Origin: a virus
Length of the DNA: 64,000 nucleotides
Strand: one strand, 5' to 3'
IMG/VR virus record: IMGVR_UViG_3300017769_000001
Span: 84,740 to 148,739 of that record
The position numbers and the translations under genes are program-made. The notes below the pieces were generated by a model. That model did no database searches, was not told where the DNA came from, and saw only the letters and a program-made list of their open reading frames with translations. Each line of letters starts with the position of its first letter. The first letter of the stretch is position 1. Shown here piece after piece: positions 37,619 to 46,941 of this stretch.

Positions 37619-38914
37619 ATGGCAAAGTATATCGTTCACAAGTTATCGAAGAATATCAAGGCAACAACTCAGGACATCGAAAATGGTGTTTCTGGTAAGT
37701 TTGCTGATGCTTCTGTTATTGGTGCCTATTTTGAAAATGTTTCAACAGCTGCTCTCGAAGGCATTGGCGATATTGTCATGCTACGAACAAATCAGAATGC
37801 AACGGGTTATCTGAAATGCGATGGTTCCTTATTTCTTGACTCCGAGTACCCGGAACTTGCAGATCTCTTGAAGAGTAGAGTTGAACAAGGCGTCCACAAT
37901 CCTTTCACAAGCCAATTGGTATCTGTATCGAATGCAACTGCATCCGACGCTGGAAAGCATATTGCAATATCCCGAAACGACGAGTTTGTCGCAGTGACCA
38001 ACGCGTTTGGCGGCGACCTTCTAGTTTATCAGACATCGGATTGGACATTGTTAAGTTCTACGTTAGAGCCTGTTAATGCTGCTGTCAACGCCGTCGAGTT
38101 TTCTCCCACGCAGGATATCATGGTGTCAACCAGAAATGGACAGGACGTCACAACTTCAGGATTCGCTGTTTACGACACAAACACATGGGCGAGAACCGTC
38201 TATAACTTCCCATCGGGATACGAAACAGCTGTTCCTATATATTCGTCGTTCAGTGGCGATGGTCGCTATCTTGCAATCACCATGGCACTTAACGATACCC
38301 TGATCTATGAGACTGAAAATTGGACGTTGGTTCACACATTAACGTCTGGCATCGTATCCCAGAGAGAATGTTCATACTCTCCAAATGGAATTTATCTGGC
38401 AGTCTGCGGCACTAACCCTAACTCCGTAGAAATATACGAAACCTCAGAGTGGACTTTGGTGGCTTCCGAGACTTACGCCAACGCGGTCGATGCTATTTCA
38501 TTCTCTCCTGACGGAAGGGAGATCTTCGTATGCTATGGTAACTTACTACAACAATACAGGATGGATGAGGGGGCATTTATTCCAGCAAGAATTTACACGG
38601 GGAATTACCCAAATTCCGTATCATACGCTCCGGATTCTTCGTATGTATTCACGTCATCAACCACAGCACCTTATCTCAATGTGCTGTCGAATCAGGAATA
38701 CTCCAATTCACTGCCGCAACCGCCAGCCGCTGCTCGTTATGTGAGGGTGTCTCCGAAAGGAAAGTACGTTGCTTATATCGAGAGTAATTACGGATTGCGA
38801 GTTCGTATGATTCAAGAAGACGTTCCTGCTGGTTATACCCGACTGCCAGACTTCCCGATACAGAAGCAAGGAACAATAACATTACATCCGATGATCAAAG
38901 CCTCCCTGCAATAG
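37619..38914 (+). CDS. tail-collar protein with inserted beta-propeller, paralog 1
   Basis: IGDI...GYLKCDG...EYPELA, repeated FSPDG blades, PAGYTRLPD. Confidence 0.75.
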   Translation: MAKYIVHKLSKNIKATTQDIENGVSGKFADASVIGAYFENVSTAALEGIGDIVMLRTNQNATGYLKCDGSLFLDSEYPELADLLKSRVEQGVHNPFTSQLVSVSNATASDAGKHIAISRNDEFVAVTNAFGGDLLVYQTSDWTLLSSTLEPVNAAVNAVEFSPTQDIMVSTRNGQDVTTSGFAVYDTNTWARTVYNFPSGYETAVPIYSSFSGDGRYLAITMALNDTLIYETENWTLVHTLTSGIVSQRECSYSPNGIYLAVCGTNPNSVEIYETSEWTLVASETYANAVDAISFSPDGREIFVCYGNLLQQYRMDEGAFIPARIYTGNYPNSVSYAPDSSYVFTSSTTAPYLNVLSNQEYSNSLPQPPAAARYVRVSPKGKYVAYIESNYGLRVRMIQEDVPAGYTRLPDFPIQKQGTITLHPMIKASLQ

Positions 38915-38950
38915 GAGTAAATAGTTTCGTCACGATAAAGTAATGGTGTT

Positions 38951-40288
38951 ATGACGAAATATATTGGTTCTGATTTAACCGAAAAAATCAAAGCAACAAC
39001 AGAAGACGTTCAAAACGCCGTTGAGGATAAATACCCGGACGCTTCTGTTGTTCTTGATTATTTCAACAGCGTTCCGAAGAGTCGCCCTGAACAGGTGGGC
39101 GATATATTCCTGAATCGGCTTGATAAGTCGACTCCGGGCATGATGCCTTGCGATGGCCGACTGCTTCAGAAAAGTCAATACCCGGAACTTGCAGAAATTC
39201 TCAAGGACAAGACTCAGACATCATTCCAGTTCAATAACCTAGATGCAATCGCAGGATCATCCTCTGTGAACGCAGAGGTTCTTTCTATCTCCGAGCGCAG
39301 CAACGGTGAATTGGTTGTCTTGTACTCAGCATCTCCGTATATCCGAGTCTTTACTGGTTTTAACGGGACTGATCTGAACGTTCCTTCACTTCCGGGTATC
39401 GGCAGAGGTGGTGCATTCTCTCCAGACGAGAGTATCTTCATTGCTGTTCATAGCGGGTCTCCTTTCATGACTGTTTATGAAACAGAGAACTGGACAAAGC
39501 TAACAGGAACTCCGACACTCCCGCTAACCGGGTACAACGTTTCATTCAATCCAGACGGGAGTAAGGTCGCAATCGGACATGCCGGTTCCGCTCGAAGAAT
39601 GTCCGTTTACCTGACAGACAGCTGGACTCTTGATCCGGATGCTCCCATTGTAACCGCTGGTACGACTGGGTGGTGTGCCGAATTCTCACCAAATGGTAAG
39701 TATCTGGTGGTTGGTTTTGCTGGATCCCCATATTCAGCACTTTATGACGCAGAGACTTGGGAATTGAAGAGCGAATACACACCGCCTAACGTTGGGTTCG
39801 CCGTTTACACTGCAAAATTCAGTAATGATTCTAATGTCCTTTACCTTGGATCCAATTCCGGAACGAGAGAAGTATTGACAAGACATCTTAAAAATGGTGA
39901 CCGTCAGGTGACTGGATCTTCGGACGAAGTTTACAGTATTTCTATACACCCGAACGGAGAGGGGTTTTCATATGGTACTAACTCGGCTCCTTTTACGGCG
40001 ACCAGATTGTCGTACATGAAAGTTTACGAATTATCGTCGTTGACCCAATCATTTGATGGCCCAGCACTACCAGACTCGGCTAACATCAACTGGGTTAAGG
40101 CAGTAACTGTAAGTAAGGACGGAAATTACCTTTATTACGGACTGTCGAATACTGCTACTGGGCCTTTCTTCGGAAGGATTACGCTTTACACACCACCTCC
40201 GATTGGCACATTCGCGTTGCCGAGGCTACCGGCGGTTCGGTATGGCGACATTTTAGTACAGCCTATGATCAGAGTGGAGCCTATTTAA
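38951..40288 (+). CDS. tail-collar protein with inserted beta-propeller, paralog 2
   Basis: VGDI...GMMPCDG...QYPELA, FSPD/FNPDG blades, GTFALP. Confidence 0.75.
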   Translation: MTKYIGSDLTEKIKATTEDVQNAVEDKYPDASVVLDYFNSVPKSRPEQVGDIFLNRLDKSTPGMMPCDGRLLQKSQYPELAEILKDKTQTSFQFNNLDAIAGSSSVNAEVLSISERSNGELVVLYSASPYIRVFTGFNGTDLNVPSLPGIGRGGAFSPDESIFIAVHSGSPFMTVYETENWTKLTGTPTLPLTGYNVSFNPDGSKVAIGHAGSARRMSVYLTDSWTLDPDAPIVTAGTTGWCAEFSPNGKYLVVGFAGSPYSALYDAETWELKSEYTPPNVGFAVYTAKFSNDSNVLYLGSNSGTREVLTRHLKNGDRQVTGSSDEVYSISIHPNGEGFSYGTNSAPFTATRLSYMKVYELSSLTQSFDGPALPDSANINWVKAVTVSKDGNYLYYGLSNTATGPFFGRITLYTPPPIGTFALPRLPAVRYGDILVQPMIRVEPI

Positions 40289-41490
40289 TGATTGGCGATA
40301 TTGTATATAATAGTTTAAACACAAAGAACCGTCTGAAGTGTGATGGTTCTTTACATCGGATTTCGGACTACCCGGAACTGGCGTCTTATTTGAGCGACGT
40401 AAAGTCATCTTCAATTGATGTGAGTTTTAATGACACCCCGTCTTCTCTATCGCCGAATATCGGGGTTCCATGGTGTATTGAATTCTCTCCAGATGGAAGT
40501 CTTATGGCTGTCGGGGGTGATGCGAACTCAAACTTGAAGATTTATGACACGGCGACTTGGTCAGTTGTCTCCGGAACTCCAACGCTGGCAAGTGAAGTCC
40601 GTGATATTTCTTTCTCCCCCGATGGGAAATATATGGCCGTTGCCATGTATTACTCGCCGTTCCTTTTCGTGTGCGACACTGAAACTTGGACGGAGATTGA
40701 CGTAAAGGAGCTATCAAATCAACCAGCATACGTTAGGGGCGAAGGGGTGAACTTCTCTCCGGATGGCAAATGGTTGATTTACATAGATATAGATTACGTC
40801 TTTCAAATCAGAACAGATACATGGACGCATCATGGACTGCTTTCATTGGGGGCAGCTGGTGATACATATCGAGGCGCGTTTAGTAATGATGGAAAGAAGT
40901 TCGCCGTGTGCGGTAGAAGTACCGCATTGGATCAAGCAGTAATTCACATGTACGACTACATTGAAGATGGCGGTTATTTGGAATTCACCCATATGAAAAC
41001 AAGTTCTACTACCATTCCATTTTGGGGTGACGTCTGCTTTGCGAATGATGACCTTCGCGTCATGGCAGTTTACGACAAGTACATCGGTTTTTATGAAACC
41101 ACGAAACTCACTTACGCTGATGTTGTCGAGGCATTAGGTGCCGTTACATTTGCCAGATTGGCTCCATTGAATGAAACGATGGTTGCTGTTTCTGCTGCTG
41201 TTGATGCGACCGATGATAACTCTGCGGTCATAGCATCAACGATTTCATATTTTGGTGATTCGTTAGGTCTATCAGAATCCCAGATATCGAACTCTGGGTC
41301 TGTAAGAACAATCGCAATCGCATCACCACCGGATAGGAGTATTCTCGTTTATGGTCTGGGTAATAATTTAGCCGTACGGACGATGAAAAAAGATCCACCT
41401 GCTGGATACTTCCATACACCGACGATAGAATCAAGACAACCGGGCAACGTCTTTAACTACCCGGTACTAATACAGGCTAAGGAGGATTGA
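40288..41490 (+). CDS. tail-collar protein with inserted beta-propeller, paralog 3
   Basis: MIGDI...LKCDG...DYPELA, FSPDG blades, PAGYFHTP. Confidence 0.75.
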   Translation: MIGDIVYNSLNTKNRLKCDGSLHRISDYPELASYLSDVKSSSIDVSFNDTPSSLSPNIGVPWCIEFSPDGSLMAVGGDANSNLKIYDTATWSVVSGTPTLASEVRDISFSPDGKYMAVAMYYSPFLFVCDTETWTEIDVKELSNQPAYVRGEGVNFSPDGKWLIYIDIDYVFQIRTDTWTHHGLLSLGAAGDTYRGAFSNDGKKFAVCGRSTALDQAVIHMYDYIEDGGYLEFTHMKTSSTTIPFWGDVCFANDDLRVMAVYDKYIGFYETTKLTYADVVEALGAVTFARLAPLNETMVAVSAAVDATDDNSAVIASTISYFGDSLGLSESQISNSGSVRTIAIASPPDRSILVYGLGNNLAVRTMKKDPPAGYFHTPTIESRQPGNVFNYPVLIQAKED

Positions 41491-41491
41491 A

Positions 41492-42655
41492 ATGATCGGA
41501 GATCTGTATTTCGACAGTCTTAATACACAGGGTAAATTGCCTTGTGATGGAGCTATGTATCCGGTTAGTGACTATCCTGAGTTGGCCGAAGTTTGTAAGA
41601 AACTCCATCAGGATAGGATTGAAATCAATCAAACTCCGTTTTATTCCTATACTGCGAACATGCCAGCGGAAGAGTATTTGAAAATACATCCAAGTGGAGA
41701 GTACCTTGTCCACAACATAAATGTGTCGCCATACTTGGTGAGGGTAAATCTAACTACAGCTGCTACCAGCACCCCAGTGTCACTACCAACAGTGCCAATT
41801 TGGTTTGACTTCTCTCCTGACGGAGGATTTCTTGCTGTCGGGTATAACGGGTCGCCTTTTATGGAGATTTATAGAACATCCGACTGGAGTAAATTGGATT
41901 TTTCTCCTGTTGGGGCGAGTATGAATTTCTCGTCTCGTCAGGGTAAGTTTTCTCCCGATGGGACGCGACTTGCACTGTGTAATTATGACGATAATGCCTT
42001 TGTAGTCGTAAACATGCGAAACATGAATGCCCGTAGGGTTTCCACCACAGACCCGTTGGACTTTACAGAAGCACTGGATTTTTCTCCGGATGGTAGATAT
42101 ATAGCGGTTGCTTACGACCTGAGTCCGAACCTGAAAATATTCGATGTAGAAACTCTACAAGAAGTCACCGGGCTATCGGTGAATGCTATAACGGATGTTA
42201 AGTTTTCTCCGGATGGGCGTCATCTGGCAGTAGCACATAACGGAGGAGGAGGAGGATCCTATTTCTCCATAATCAGTACAGCTAATTGGGGCGAATTAGC
42301 CATAGGGGATGTGCTCAGTCCGACGGCTGCCGTTGAATGGACAGTTGACGGGAATCATATTGTTCTAGGAACGCAGTCAGCAACTCCATATCGATTGTTT
42401 GATGTTTATCAGTGGGAGTATAACGACATTGCGACTATAGGCGAAATGTTCCCTGCGTATGACGGGCCTGCTCAAAGTGGGTTGCAAATATCTCCAGACG
42501 GCTCTTTACTTGCGTTTAACGTATTCGGAGACGGATTTAAAGTTCATGAAATCAAGAAGAAAGCACCTGCTGGGTATTTCTACGTTCCGAATATCCCGCA
42601 CCAACAGTCTTCAAATATTTCGAAATACCCAGTACTAATACAGGCAGAAGAGTAA
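41492..42655 (+). CDS. tail-collar protein with inserted beta-propeller, paralog 4
   Basis: MIGDL...LPCDG...DYPELA, FSPDG blades, PAGYFYVP. Confidence 0.75.
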   Translation: MIGDLYFDSLNTQGKLPCDGAMYPVSDYPELAEVCKKLHQDRIEINQTPFYSYTANMPAEEYLKIHPSGEYLVHNINVSPYLVRVNLTTAATSTPVSLPTVPIWFDFSPDGGFLAVGYNGSPFMEIYRTSDWSKLDFSPVGASMNFSSRQGKFSPDGTRLALCNYDDNAFVVVNMRNMNARRVSTTDPLDFTEALDFSPDGRYIAVAYDLSPNLKIFDVETLQEVTGLSVNAITDVKFSPDGRHLAVAHNGGGGGSYFSIISTANWGELAIGDVLSPTAAVEWTVDGNHIVLGTQSATPYRLFDVYQWEYNDIATIGEMFPAYDGPAQSGLQISPDGSLLAFNVFGDGFKVHEIKKKAPAGYFYVPNIPHQQSSNISKYPVLIQAEE

Positions 42656-43116
42656 TGATTAAAGTTCACTTGTACAAAACCAAAGGAAGAATCATCCCAC
42701 AGATAATTCGTTTCATGACGTTCTCACGTTGGAACCACGTCGGCATCACAGTTGATGGTGTTTATTACGAGTCCGAATACGGTCGTGGTGTTACAGTAGA
42801 CAGGAATAAGCATGAAGCCTTCTACGAGGACGAATACGTGATTTATTTGAACGTGGGAGCCCATCAGCTGGAGGCAGTCAAAAGGTTCCTCAGAGACCAA
42901 GTAGGGAAGCCATACGATATCTTTGCGATATTCGCACTACCATTCAGATCACGTTGGCAGAGTCCGGGCAAATGGTTCTGCTCGGAACTGGTTGCTGCTG
43001 CTTTGAAAGAGGGGGATATCGCACACTTCCCATATGAAGCAAGCAGAATAACCCCGAGAGACCTTTACATCGGTCTAAATAACAACAAATTCAAGAAAGC
43101 AGAATTTCCACTATAG
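42655..43116 (+). CDS. permuted papain-like NlpC/P60 protein (YiiX/YaeF family)
   Basis: SRWNHVGI, GKPYD, WFCSELVAAAL and ITPRDL. Confidence 0.85.
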   Translation: MIKVHLYKTKGRIIPQIIRFMTFSRWNHVGITVDGVYYESEYGRGVTVDRNKHEAFYEDEYVIYLNVGAHQLEAVKRFLRDQVGKPYDIFAIFALPFRSRWQSPGKWFCSELVAAALKEGDIAHFPYEASRITPRDLYIGLNNNKFKKAEFPL

Positions 43117-43126
43117 GAGAGTGTTA

Positions 43127-43405
43127 ATGAATCACGATGTGATTGGAACAATTTATGAAACTCAGCCGGTTTATGACGAAGAAGGAAATGTAGTGACAGA
43201 GGGCGTGCTCGCCGAAGGCTTCCATGTGAACTTCCCGAGCCCTGTACCAGAGTTTGAGGAATACCGCGTGTACCCGGCAACCCCAATTCGTGTTTATGCT
43301 GGTGGTGTCACTCCGGCATGTTACACGTTTGCCGATGAAGCTGAATGGGAAGTAAAGAAGGAAGAAGTATTCGGAAATCCGAATGAAGTAGAAGGTAACG
43401 TGTAA
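43127..43405 (+). CDS. small fibre-associated protein
   Basis: DVIGTIY, GFHVN and VYPATPIRVYAG pattern typical of fibre-adjacent genes; GGAG RBS. Confidence 0.65.
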   Translation: MNHDVIGTIYETQPVYDEEGNVVTEGVLAEGFHVNFPSPVPEFEEYRVYPATPIRVYAGGVTPACYTFADEAEWEVKKEEVFGNPNEVEGNV

Positions 43406-44709
43406 TGAGAATGATTGGCGACGGTCTTTCGAAGAAAGGCAGAAGTGGTACTGTCGATGACATCCGACGGCGCAATGATGAAAAGCGTGAGGTCGTCGGC
43501 AATTCTGGTTTGGATGATGCGTTAAAGCGTATCGATCCTTCATGGGGTCTTGATGTCAAACCTACTCTGGATTTCGATTTCGTTCGTAATGAGTATGGGG
43601 TATATGACGGTGAGGATATTGTTAAAGGTCAATTTATTGATCACGCGACAGTATCACGAAACTCTGTTGCCACATATTTCGATGCGACCGGAAAAATGCG
43701 AACTGCTGGTGTGAATGAACCTCGATTTGCATATGATCCCGAAACTGGTGAGCCTATGGGCCTTTTGATTGAGGAACAAAAAACTAATCTAATTTTACAA
43801 TCTGAAAACCTTACTTCAGGAAACTGGACTCTCGCAGCAAATTTAACACTTGATGCAGATGTTCTTGTGGCACCAGATGGAACTTTAACAGGCGATAGAC
43901 TTACGTTAATAGGGTCTTCAGGGCATAACGTAGTTCAATCGTTTTCTCAAATAGACGGCACTACTTATACTGTATCTGTTTATGCAAAAAACGTTTCTAA
44001 TTTCAGCGACTTTTTTCAGATCGCTTATTATGACGGGCCTTCTTCTGTTGAATCAAAAACTGTTAAGATTACTGATAATTGGGAAAGGTATAGTTTTACT
44101 TTTACTGCGCAGGCAGGTGTTGCATCTCCGCAAATAAGATTGCTTGGTTTTGGTTTTGGTGGTGACGGAGATCAAGTTGGTATTTGGGGCGTCCAACTAG
44201 AGGTTGGATCTTTTGAATCTAGCTACATCAAAACAGAAGGATCTCAGGTTACTAGAGCTGCTGATAACTACACCAGAATGTTTTCTGAAGAATTTAATTC
44301 GGATGAATTCACCGTGGTAATCGATTTTGATCCACTTAGATCTCCATCTGACACAAATTTTAGACCTATTATGTTATCAGATGGTAACACAACAAACCGA
44401 ATTGGGACGGCAGGAAACTTTACGATAGTTTCAGTTGATGGAGTGACATCATTAGGAGGGCTGTCTCCTTCTTTAACCGCACCCGGAAGACTGGCAATAT
44501 CCGCAAAAGAAGGAAACATCCAGTACTGGTTTTTGGGTGAAAAGGCTTCAGAGTATATCGGGAATACCGATATCAAGAAACTAACCACGATGTTATTGGG
44601 ACATGCAGAAGCAAATTTGGTTGGCACTGTTCCAGAGATGCTGCTTAAACGGTGCACACTATACCCAATTTCGATAAATGAAGTTTATTTGAAATCAATC
44701 ACATCATGA
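43405..44709 (+). CDS. second spike/fibre protein
   Basis: PTLDFDF, RNSVATYFD, GLLIEEQKTN and WGVQLEVG..SSYI; paralogous to 35307. Confidence 0.75.
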   Translation: MRMIGDGLSKKGRSGTVDDIRRRNDEKREVVGNSGLDDALKRIDPSWGLDVKPTLDFDFVRNEYGVYDGEDIVKGQFIDHATVSRNSVATYFDATGKMRTAGVNEPRFAYDPETGEPMGLLIEEQKTNLILQSENLTSGNWTLAANLTLDADVLVAPDGTLTGDRLTLIGSSGHNVVQSFSQIDGTTYTVSVYAKNVSNFSDFFQIAYYDGPSSVESKTVKITDNWERYSFTFTAQAGVASPQIRLLGFGFGGDGDQVGIWGVQLEVGSFESSYIKTEGSQVTRAADNYTRMFSEEFNSDEFTVVIDFDPLRSPSDTNFRPIMLSDGNTTNRIGTAGNFTIVSVDGVTSLGGLSPSLTAPGRLAISAKEGNIQYWFLGEKASEYIGNTDIKKLTTMLLGHAEANLVGTVPEMLLKRCTLYPISINEVYLKSITS

Positions 44710-44710
44710 T

Positions 44711-44736
44711 AAACCCCCGCTTCGGCGGGGTTTTTT
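44711..44736 (+). terminator. intrinsic terminator, probably bidirectional
   Basis: CCCCGC-TTCG-GCGGGG-TTTTTT between convergent genes. Confidence 0.85.
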
Positions 44737-45010
44737 ATAAAACTTCCAACTCAAGAGCCGTCTGAAATTCAACTATTTTACGTTGGTCTCCTTTAAACGT
44801 TGTCTGGCTCATGTAATCACTCCAGTGGTAGAAACCCCCGTTCGGAATATACGATTTAATGATCTCAGACTCTCCCCCACACCCATAACAAATGTCAGGA
44901 TCCCCCATCAGACTTTTGCGAGATAAATCAATGAGCCACCCGCAATGTTTACATTCCACACAGTAGACGTATCTCACAGGCTTTGTACGATTGTAAGCCA
45001 ATTCCGCCAC
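44735..45010 (-). CDS. small Zn-ribbon protein 6
   Basis: CKHCGW...CYGC. Confidence 0.7.
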   Translation of the reverse strand: MAELAYNRTKPVRYVYCVECKHCGWLIDLSRKSLMGDPDICYGCGGESEIIKSYIPNGGFYHWSDYMSQTTFKGDQRKIVEFQTALELEVL

Positions 45011-45306
45011 AATTCAAGCTTCCTTATCAGATGGTGTGCGTAAGAGTCTTCGTTGTTGGATATTAAGACTTCGTTGTGATGAATCCAATCAGATTGATCT
45101 GTGACTCTCTCAAAATCATGAGAATTAGTTCTTTCTCTCATGATTGATGAAGCATTCCCGCACATCATACATTCGACCTTTCCATCGGTCAACTCCCCCA
45201 TCACAGGCGTCTTCCACCCACAACGACAACACGTAATATGTCTGAAATTCCAAACATACCAATCATTAATCTCCATGTGCTCAAGAAACAAAGAAGCATT
45301 ATTCAT
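44974..45306 (-). CDS. small Zn-ribbon protein 5
   Basis: CCRCGWKTP...CMMC. Confidence 0.7.
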   Translation of the reverse strand: MNNASLFLEHMEINDWYVWNFRHITCCRCGWKTPVMGELTDGKVECMMCGNASSIMRERTNSHDFERVTDQSDWIHHNEVLISNNEDSYAHHLIRKLELWRNWLTIVQSL

Positions 45307-45542
45307 AGCAACATATCCAAAACTTTTTCTTCGATGATATCCATTATCTTTTCCTCATCCATGCCGACCGATTTCATACTGACGTAGAACATCCCCTGAT
45401 ATATCAGGTCATCTTCGGTCAGCGGAGACCCGTTCTGTGATTCGGTTATTCCGTGAAATGGGGTAGCACTACAACCAAAGCACCGTGGGTGCTTTCCGGA
45501 TGGCTGAACCCAGTCACATTGAGCACATCTTAGAAGAGCCAT
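45303..45542 (-). CDS. small Zn-ribbon protein 4
   Basis: CAQCDWVQP...CFGC; GAGG RBS. Confidence 0.7.
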   Translation of the reverse strand: MALLRCAQCDWVQPSGKHPRCFGCSATPFHGITESQNGSPLTEDDLIYQGMFYVSMKSVGMDEEKIMDIIEEKVLDMLL

Positions 45543-45551
45543 AAACTATCC

Positions 45552-45818
45552 TCAAAATAGCCAGAGTGAAATTTTTTCGTCCCAGTTTATACTTTTGAGA
45601 TACTCGTCGGGATCGGAAACAGACCCCAGATCTCTCCATAAAGGCTGTCTTCTTATATGCCTTTCCATATACGAGAATGATGGAGCGATATATCCACACA
45701 ACTGACACCCCGGACACGCACCAGTGAACATAGGATCTTTAGGGATTATGAACGCACAATTAATACATTTCACACATTCGTATAGATCATCACTTATGTC
45801 TTCCACTGTCACCTCCAA
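45552..45818 (-). CDS. small Zn-ribbon protein 3
   Basis: CINCAFIIP...CPGC; ends DEYLKSINWDEKISLWLF. Confidence 0.75.
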   Translation of the reverse strand: MEVTVEDISDDLYECVKCINCAFIIPKDPMFTGACPGCQLCGYIAPSFSYMERHIRRQPLWRDLGSVSDPDEYLKSINWDEKISLWLF

Positions 45819-45840
45819 CCCCCACTTTTCTTAAAGACTA

Positions 45841-46089
45841 TCACAAATGCAACCAAAGCGAAACTTTCTCGTCCCAGTTTATACTTTTGAGGTACTCATC
45901 ATCACCCCCAAGTCTCCGTGCTCTCCAGAACAGCTGGTATCGAATGTACCTTTCAGTGCTATCAGTCCGCATAACCAATAATGGTCTATCGCAACCCGGA
46001 CAATCATCAAACATTTCATGAACAGGGACTAAAAACGCGCAGTTAAGGCATTTCATACACGCGTACTGTTTGCCACTATCCGGTTCCAT
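45841..46089 (-). CDS. small Zn-ribbon protein 2
   Basis: CLNCAFLVP...CPGC; ends DEYLKSINWDEKVSLWLHL. Confidence 0.75.
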   Translation of the reverse strand: MEPDSGKQYACMKCLNCAFLVPVHEMFDDCPGCDRPLLVMRTDSTERYIRYQLFWRARRLGGDDEYLKSINWDEKVSLWLHL

Positions 46090-46137
46090 TCCTATACCTC
46101 AAATCAATATTTTAACGAGACTATCCTACATCCCCAA

Positions 46138-46461
46138 TCATAAATCCACCAACGCCACCCAAGCCTCGAATTCCTTTATTTTGGCTTCAAGGTGTTCTCT
46201 CGTAACTCTGCCTTCAAAGTGTTTGACGGTGTTCTCAACCCAGTCTTTGCTGAAGTGATGAACCTGAAATGAGTAATGCTCAATGTCGTCGAATATGACA
46301 CTGCCAATTGACGTATCATCACAACCACAAACATCACAGTAATCCGGGTTTGGTTTTAGATCTATAGGATCCCTCCACCCACAAAGCGGACAATGGATGA
46401 AATAGAATTGATATTCGCTGCCCTCGTGATCACGGGCTTTCGATTTTTTCATCATTACCAT
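46138..46461 (-). CDS. small Zn-ribbon protein 1
   Basis: CPLCGWRDP...CDVC; GAGGT RBS. Confidence 0.7.
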   Translation of the reverse strand: MVMMKKSKARDHEGSEYQFYFIHCPLCGWRDPIDLKPNPDYCDVCGCDDTSIGSVIFDDIEHYSFQVHHFSKDWVENTVKHFEGRVTREHLEAKIKEFEAWVALVDL

Positions 46462-46517
46462 CTACCTCAAACATCCGCTAAATAAAGAAAAACCAAACTC
46501 ACTAAGGAGTCTAACAC

Positions 46518-46856
46518 ATGGCACTAACAGAAACAACTCGCGATGTTAAAGGTAAAACCCTGACTTTCATCGAAACTGACGCAGCTGGTAACGGCATCTA
46601 CAAAGAAGGACTGTCGGATTACGATTACAACATTTTCGTAACCGTTGACGCTGATGGCACTGGCGCTACCCTGAAAGACAAGATGGATGCGTACACCCTG
46701 AAGAACGGACGTACTGCTACCGAAGTTTACGGTTCTCTTATCGTTGACATCGACGCATATGCTGCTCTGGCTCTGAAGAAGTACTTCGAACAGAATGAAG
46801 CAGAATCTCTGATTGATCATGAAAACCGCATCGCAACTCTTGAAGCTGCTCCGTAA
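46518..46856 (+). CDS. small late structural protein (candidate decoration protein)
   Basis: Late promoter, TAAGGAG RBS, terminator-like hairpin over the stop codon; homologous to the C-terminus of 49569-51107. Confidence 0.7.
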   Translation: MALTETTRDVKGKTLTFIETDAAGNGIYKEGLSDYDYNIFVTVDADGTGATLKDKMDAYTLKNGRTATEVYGSLIVDIDAYAALALKKYFEQNEAESLIDHENRIATLEAAP

Positions 46857-46941
46857 GGGCAGCTTTTCTATTACTGATTGACATCAGTGAAGTTGTGCAG
46901 TCTCTCTGATGTTCCGATAAACGTATCATGAAGGAAACGAT

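Noticed and set aside
35307-44709. Diversity-generating retroelement or shufflon acting on the fibre genes
   Set aside because: Paralogy is at the protein level only; no near-identical TR/VR pair, reverse transcriptase or invertase seen in the window
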